Shown: positions 17,959-21,895 of the stretch, piece after piece
Numbering within the stretch: position 1 is the first letter of the stretch
Layout: each line of letters begins with the position of its first letter
Program-made: the position numbers and the translations under genes
Source of the DNA: a bacterium
GTDB lineage: Bacteria; Krumholzibacteriota; Krumholzibacteriia; LZORAL124-64-63
Assembly (NCBI GenBank): GCA_031441465.1
Contig: JANOEP010000052.1
Coordinates: 1 to 21,895 of the forward strand
Reading direction: 5' to 3'
DNA length: 21,895 nucleotides
Notes under the pieces: model-generated
The model's input: the letters and a program-made list of their open reading frames with translations, nothing else
What the model was told of the DNA's origin: nothing
The model's database searches: none

Positions 17959-18482
17959 GCGATCCGCGGCGCCACGCCTTCCCGTACTGCCCGCGCTGCC
18001 GCGAACCCATGGGGCGGAACGACGAGGGCGGCGTCGCCCGGCCCGCGTGCCCCGCCTGCGGCTTCGTGCAGTACCTCAACCCCTCGCCCGCCGCGGCGGC
18101 CGTGATCCGGCGCGGGCGCCTGGTCTGTCTGGTGCAGCGGAAATTCGCGCCGAAGGTGGGGGAGTGGACCCTGCCCGCCGGCTTCATCGAGTACGACGAG
18201 GACCCGGCCGAGGCCGCCCGCCGCGAGACGCGCGAGGAGACCGGCCTGATCGTGCGCATCGACAGTCTGTTCGCCGTCCATCAGGGCGTGCTGCCGCCGG
18301 ACCGCCCGGTGATCCTGATCGTCTACGCCGCCACCGAACTGGGTGGTGAGCTGCTGGCGGGGGACGATGCCGCCGCCGTCGGCTTCTGGCCCCCGGACGC
18401 GCCTCCCGGCCCGATCGCCTTCTCTTCGCACCGCCGGGTGCTGGCTGCGCTCGCCGTCGCCGAGCGCGAGGCGCGGCCGTGA
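17955..18482 (+). CDS. Nudix hydrolase with N-terminal zinc ribbon
   Basis: ATG 17955 with AGGAGG RBS and ATGA overlap. CPRC...CPACGFVQYLNP and Nudix box GFIEYDEDPAEAARRETREETG. This is the 3' part of ORF-track 16545..18482. Confidence 0.92.
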   Translation: MSDPRRHAFPYCPRCREPMGRNDEGGVARPACPACGFVQYLNPSPAAAAVIRRGRLVCLVQRKFAPKVGEWTLPAGFIEYDEDPAEAARRETREETGLIVRIDSLFAVHQGVLPPDRPVILIVYAATELGGELLAGDDAAAVGFWPPDAPPGPIAFSSHRRVLAALAVAEREARP

Positions 18483-19087
18483 CCGGGCGGACCCTGCCCA
18501 TGGCCGTGCTGCTGTCCGGCAGCGGACGCACGCTGGAGAACCTGCTGGTGAAGATCCGCAGCGGCGCCGTGCCGGTCGCGGTCGTCGCGGCGGTCGCGAG
18601 CCGCGGGGACGTGCGCGGGGTCGCGGTCGCGCGCGATGCCGGCGTTCCGTGCGCCGTGATCCGCCGCAAGGACCACCCCGACGCCGACGCCCACAACGCC
18701 GCCGTGAACGCCTGGCTCGCGCCGTTCGCGCCGCGGTTGATCGCGCTCGCGGGCTACCTCTGCCACTACCGGCCGCCGGCCTGGTTCCACGGCTCGGTAC
18801 TGAACATCCACCCCGCGCTGTTGCCGAGCCACGGCGGCCGCGGCATGTGGGGGCGCCACGTCCACGAGGCCGTCCTGGCCGCCGGCGACGCCGAATCCGG
18901 CTGCACCGTACACCGTGTCAGCGAGGTCTACGACGCCGGCGAGATCCTCGGCCAGCGCCGTGTCCCGGTCCTGCCCGGCGACACACCCGCAACCCTCGCC
19001 GCCCGCGTGTTCGAAGCCGAGTGCGAGCTCTACCCCCGCATCATCGCCGCACAGGCGCACGCCCTGCTGGATGCGCCCGCCCCCTGA
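18479..19087 (+). CDS. purN: Phosphoribosylglycinamide formyltransferase
   Basis: Motifs AVLLSGSGRTL, LAGY, LNIHPALLP, SGCTVH, YDAGEI and LAARVFEAECELYP. Confidence 0.95.
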   Translation: MTGRTLPMAVLLSGSGRTLENLLVKIRSGAVPVAVVAAVASRGDVRGVAVARDAGVPCAVIRRKDHPDADAHNAAVNAWLAPFAPRLIALAGYLCHYRPPAWFHGSVLNIHPALLPSHGGRGMWGRHVHEAVLAAGDAESGCTVHRVSEVYDAGEILGQRRVPVLPGDTPATLAARVFEAECELYPRIIAAQAHALLDAPAP

Positions 19088-19143
19088 ATCAAATCGGCCG
19101 TGTCGTCACCCCCCCGCGCCGGCACGGCCCTTCACCCGTGGCC

Positions 19144-19272
19144 TAGGCATACGCACCGTGACAGGGGTGTCTGAAGGTCTCCTGCGCCAGGAGGGCGCAG
19201 GGGACCGAAAGCCAAGCGCTCCGGGCACACGAGGTGCCCGGAGCGCGTCCCCTGTCACGGTGCGTATGCCTA
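19144..19272. mobile_element. 129-bp inverted-repeat element (MITE/REP-like) with two internal hairpins
   Basis: Perfect 24-bp inverted repeat TAGGCATACGCACCGTGACAGGGG (19144-19167) / CCCCTGTCACGGTGCGTATGCCTA (19249-19272). Internal stems at 19176-19206 and 19216-19246. The structure is seen directly; mobility is inferred. Confidence 0.55.
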
Positions 19273-20712
19273 CCCCGTGCTGCCGGTCATCAGGAAGCTG
19301 TGCATCGCGGTGGCGGCCATGCGGCCGGCGCCCATGGCGAGGATCACCGTCGCGCCGCCGGTGACGATGTCGCCGCCGGCGAAGACGTCGGGCCAGGTCA
19401 CCGACTGCATGGTCTTCTCGTCGACGATGATCGTGCCCTTGCGCTCGTCGCGCTTCAGTTCGGGCACGTCGGCGGTCAGCAGGGGGTTGGGACCCTGGCC
19501 GGTGGCGATCACCACGGTGTCGACCTCGAAGATCTTCGTCTTGCCTTCGATGGGCACGGGACGCCGGCGTCCGCTGGCGTCGGGCTCGCCCAGCTCCATC
19601 TCCTGGCACTCGATGCCGCACACGGCGCCGGTGCCGTCGTCGATGATCCGGATCGGGGCGTGCAGCAGGTTGAACTCGATGCCCTCCTCTTCCGCGTGGT
19701 GGATCTCCTCCGCGCGGGCGGGCATCTCCAGACGGCTGCGCCGGTAGATCAGGTAGACCTTTTTCGGCCGCAGGCGCTTCGAGGTGCGGGCCGAGTCCAT
19801 GGCCGTGTTGCCGGCGCCGATGACGGCGATGCGCTTGATGTCCTTGACCGGCGTGTCGGTATCGGGGAAGCGCCAGGCGCCCATCAGGTTCACGCGCGTG
19901 AGGAACTCGTTGGCCGAGTAGACGCCGTTGAGGTTCTCGCCCGGGATGTTCAGGAACCAGGGCAGACCCGCGCCGGTGGCGATGAACGTGGCGTCGAAGC
20001 GGTCGCGGATCGACTTCAGCGATTCCGCCTTGCCGACGGGGTAGTTCATCACGAACTTCACGCCCATCTGGCGCAGCCCGTCGATCTCCCGGACCAGGAT
20101 CGCCTTGGGCATGCGGAATTCCGGGATGCCGTAGAACAGCACGCCGCCGGGCTTGTGCAGGGCCTCGAAGACCGTCACGTCGTGGCCGCGCTGGCAGAGG
20201 TCGCTGGCGGCGGTCAGGCCGGCGGGGCCGGAGCCGATGACCGCGACCTTCTTGCCGGTGGGCGGGTCGCACTTCGGGGTCACGTTCAGCCCGTGCTCCA
20301 TGGCGTAGTCGCCGAGGAAGCGCTCCACGCGGCCCACGCCGCCCGGCTGGCGTTCCTGCTGCGGCTTGTTCAGGTTGCAGACCAGCTCGCACTGGTCCTC
20401 CTGCGGGCAGACGCGCCCGCAGATCGCCGGCAGGAAGTTCGTCTCCTTGATCTTGCGCAGGGCGTCCTCGTACTGCCCCTCGCCGACCAGGCGCATGAAG
20501 GCGGGGATGTCCACGCCCACCGGGCAGCCGCTCACGCAGGGCTTGTCCTTGCACTGGATGCAGCGCTGACCCTCGCAGGTCGCCTCCTGCTCGGTGTAGC
20601 CGAGGGGCACTTCCTCGAAGTTGAAGATGCGGTCCTCGGGCTTCTGCTCCCGCATCGGGACCTTGGTCTTGGCTTTGTTGAACTTGTAGCTGGGCTTGCT
20701 GGTTTCCGCCAT
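19270..20712 (-). CDS. nfnB: GltD-like FAD/[4Fe-4S] oxidoreductase; NfnB/SudA large subunit
   Basis: Fe-S motifs RCIQCKDKPCVSGCP and CGRVCPQEDQCE, dinucleotide motifs VIGSGPAGL and VIGAGNTAMDSAR, YRRS, FAGGDIVTGGATVILAMGAG. Directly downstream of a PyrK-like subunit, with no gltB adjacent. Confidence 0.85.
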   Translation of the reverse strand: MAETSKPSYKFNKAKTKVPMREQKPEDRIFNFEEVPLGYTEQEATCEGQRCIQCKDKPCVSGCPVGVDIPAFMRLVGEGQYEDALRKIKETNFLPAICGRVCPQEDQCELVCNLNKPQQERQPGGVGRVERFLGDYAMEHGLNVTPKCDPPTGKKVAVIGSGPAGLTAASDLCQRGHDVTVFEALHKPGGVLFYGIPEFRMPKAILVREIDGLRQMGVKFVMNYPVGKAESLKSIRDRFDATFIATGAGLPWFLNIPGENLNGVYSANEFLTRVNLMGAWRFPDTDTPVKDIKRIAVIGAGNTAMDSARTSKRLRPKKVYLIYRRSRLEMPARAEEIHHAEEEGIEFNLLHAPIRIIDDGTGAVCGIECQEMELGEPDASGRRRPVPIEGKTKIFEVDTVVIATGQGPNPLLTADVPELKRDERKGTIIVDEKTMQSVTWPDVFAGGDIVTGGATVILAMGAGRMAATAMHSFLMTGSTG

Positions 20713-20727
20713 GATCGGGCCCCCTTC

Positions 20728-21606
20728 CTAGCGGTCGCGCTCGGCGAGTAGCTGGTCCGCCGCCTGCTGCAGGCGACACGTGTGCTCGGCGCGCTCGAGC
20801 GAGCGGGCCTCTTCGGGCTTGTAGTAGGCGAGCCGCTTCATCAGCTCGTCGAAGTCGGTCAGATGGCCGTCGAACTCGGGTCCTTCGACGCAGGCGAAGC
20901 GGGTCTCGCCGCCCACGGTCACGCGGCAGGCGCCGCACATCCCGGTGCCGTCGACCATGATCGGGTTGAGCGAGGCCAGCGTCTTGATGCCGTACGGCTG
21001 GGTGGTCTTGCAGACGAACTTCATCATGATCACCGGGCCGATGGCGATGCACTCGTCGATCTTCAGGCCCTCGTCGATCAGGCCCTGCAGCGCCTCGGTG
21101 ACCAGGCCCTTGCGGCCGTAGCTGCCGTCGTCGGTGGTGATGATCAGCTGATCGCTGACCGCGCGCACCTCGTCCTCGAGGATGAGCAGGTCCTTCGTGC
21201 GGGCGCCGAGGATGGTGATGACGCGGTTGCCGGCTTCCTTCATCGCGGTCGCCATGGGCCAGACCACGGCGTTGCCGATGCCGCCGCCGACGCAGACCAC
21301 GGTCTTGCCGCCCGCCGGGATGGTTGTCGCCCGGCCGAGGGGGCCGGCCAGGTCGAGGATGGAGTCCCCGGCCTTCAGCGCGTTGAGGTCGCGCGTGGTC
21401 TTGCCGACCTCCTGCGCGACGATGGTGATGGTCCCCTTGGCGACGTCGCGGTGCGCGATCGTCAGCGGGATCCGTTCACCCAGTTCGCTGACGCGCAGGA
21501 TGACGAACTGGCCCGCGCGCCCGCGCTGGGCGATGTGGTCGACCTCGATCTCGAACAGCATGGTTTTTTCGGCCAGGAGCCTGGCGGTGACGATCTTGTT
21601 GGCCAC
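20728..21606 (-). CDS. nfnA: Sulfide/dihydroorotate dehydrogenase-like FAD/NAD-binding subunit; NfnA/SudB small subunit
   Basis: Motifs GQFVILR, ERIPLTIA, GPLG, GGGIG, TDDGSYG, IGPVIMMK and [2Fe-2S] motif DGTGMCGACRV...CVEGPEFD. Start placed at GTG 21606 after AAGGAG. Confidence 0.88.
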   Translation of the reverse strand: MANKIVTARLLAEKTMLFEIEVDHIAQRGRAGQFVILRVSELGERIPLTIAHRDVAKGTITIVAQEVGKTTRDLNALKAGDSILDLAGPLGRATTIPAGGKTVVCVGGGIGNAVVWPMATAMKEAGNRVITILGARTKDLLILEDEVRAVSDQLIITTDDGSYGRKGLVTEALQGLIDEGLKIDECIAIGPVIMMKFVCKTTQPYGIKTLASLNPIMVDGTGMCGACRVTVGGETRFACVEGPEFDGHLTDFDELMKRLAYYKPEEARSLERAEHTCRLQQAADQLLAERDR

Positions 21607-21895
21607 GGCGTCCCTCTCCTTCAGTGCGCGTTCCGCGGGCGCCGCGATTCTTGAGCGTGCGGCTCCTGTATTGAGGGTCTCACTCCAAATAAGTCGTGAT
21701 GCGCCAGCGAAATCAAGGCGCATTCGAGTTGACGGCATCCCGCCGACCGGTTTGAAAATGGATGTCGGAACGCGATGGGAGGGGGGGGCGGGGGGTGGTC
21801 GGCGGAAGGGCTGTTACACGAGTAGTCGTATCATCATCTTCGTCTTCCAATGTTTCAAGCGCAATTTCTACAGTATCGGTATTCTCAATTAATTC

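Noticed and set aside
19168..19250. Hammerhead-ribozyme-like look of the structured element (CTGAAG...GAAA...GTC in a three-stem junction)
   Set aside because: The core does not fit. It has CTGAAGG instead of CUGANGA, extra bases between stem I and CUGA, and GAAA is followed by GCCAA rather than a stem pairing with GU. The linkers are better explained as an extended helix with a GAA/GAA internal loop.
19144..19272. Integron attC site or c-di-GMP-I riboswitch (GGGACCGAAAGCC)
   Set aside because: No RYYYAAC/GTTRRRY ends, no extrahelical bases and no integrase. It lacks the GGCAAAC 5' motif and lies 3' of genes rather than in a leader.
21607..21738. 44-codon N-terminal extension of nfnA in the ORF track
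   Set aside because: Family similarity begins at GTG 21606, which has an AAGGAG RBS.

Overview
GC-rich (~70%) bacterial chromosomal segment, densely coding and mostly on the + strand. It carries housekeeping genes: the 3' part of carbamate kinase, purD, purE, tsaC/sua5, a YwlE-like low-molecular-weight phosphatase, rpiB, glyA, nrdR, tatC, a polyprenyl synthase, rsfS, argS, a PfkB kinase, purM, a sigma-54 enhancer-binding protein, lnt, a Nudix hydrolase and purN. These converge on a minus-strand NfnAB/SudAB-type flavoprotein pair. The most notable feature is a module between the PfkB kinase and purM. It consists of an uncharacterised two-domain protein, a 14-codon ORF missed by the ORF track (12008-12052, MLDFILKLFYRWEW, with a near-perfect Shine-Dalgarno site), and a multi-TM HD-GYP phosphodiesterase. 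This is a candidate small-peptide/cyclic-dinucleotide signalling system. A 129-bp TA-flanked, highly structured inverted-repeat element (MITE-like) overlaps the nfnB stop codon. No rRNA, tRNA, CRISPR array or transposase was seen. All calls rest on motifs read by eye; no database searches were run.
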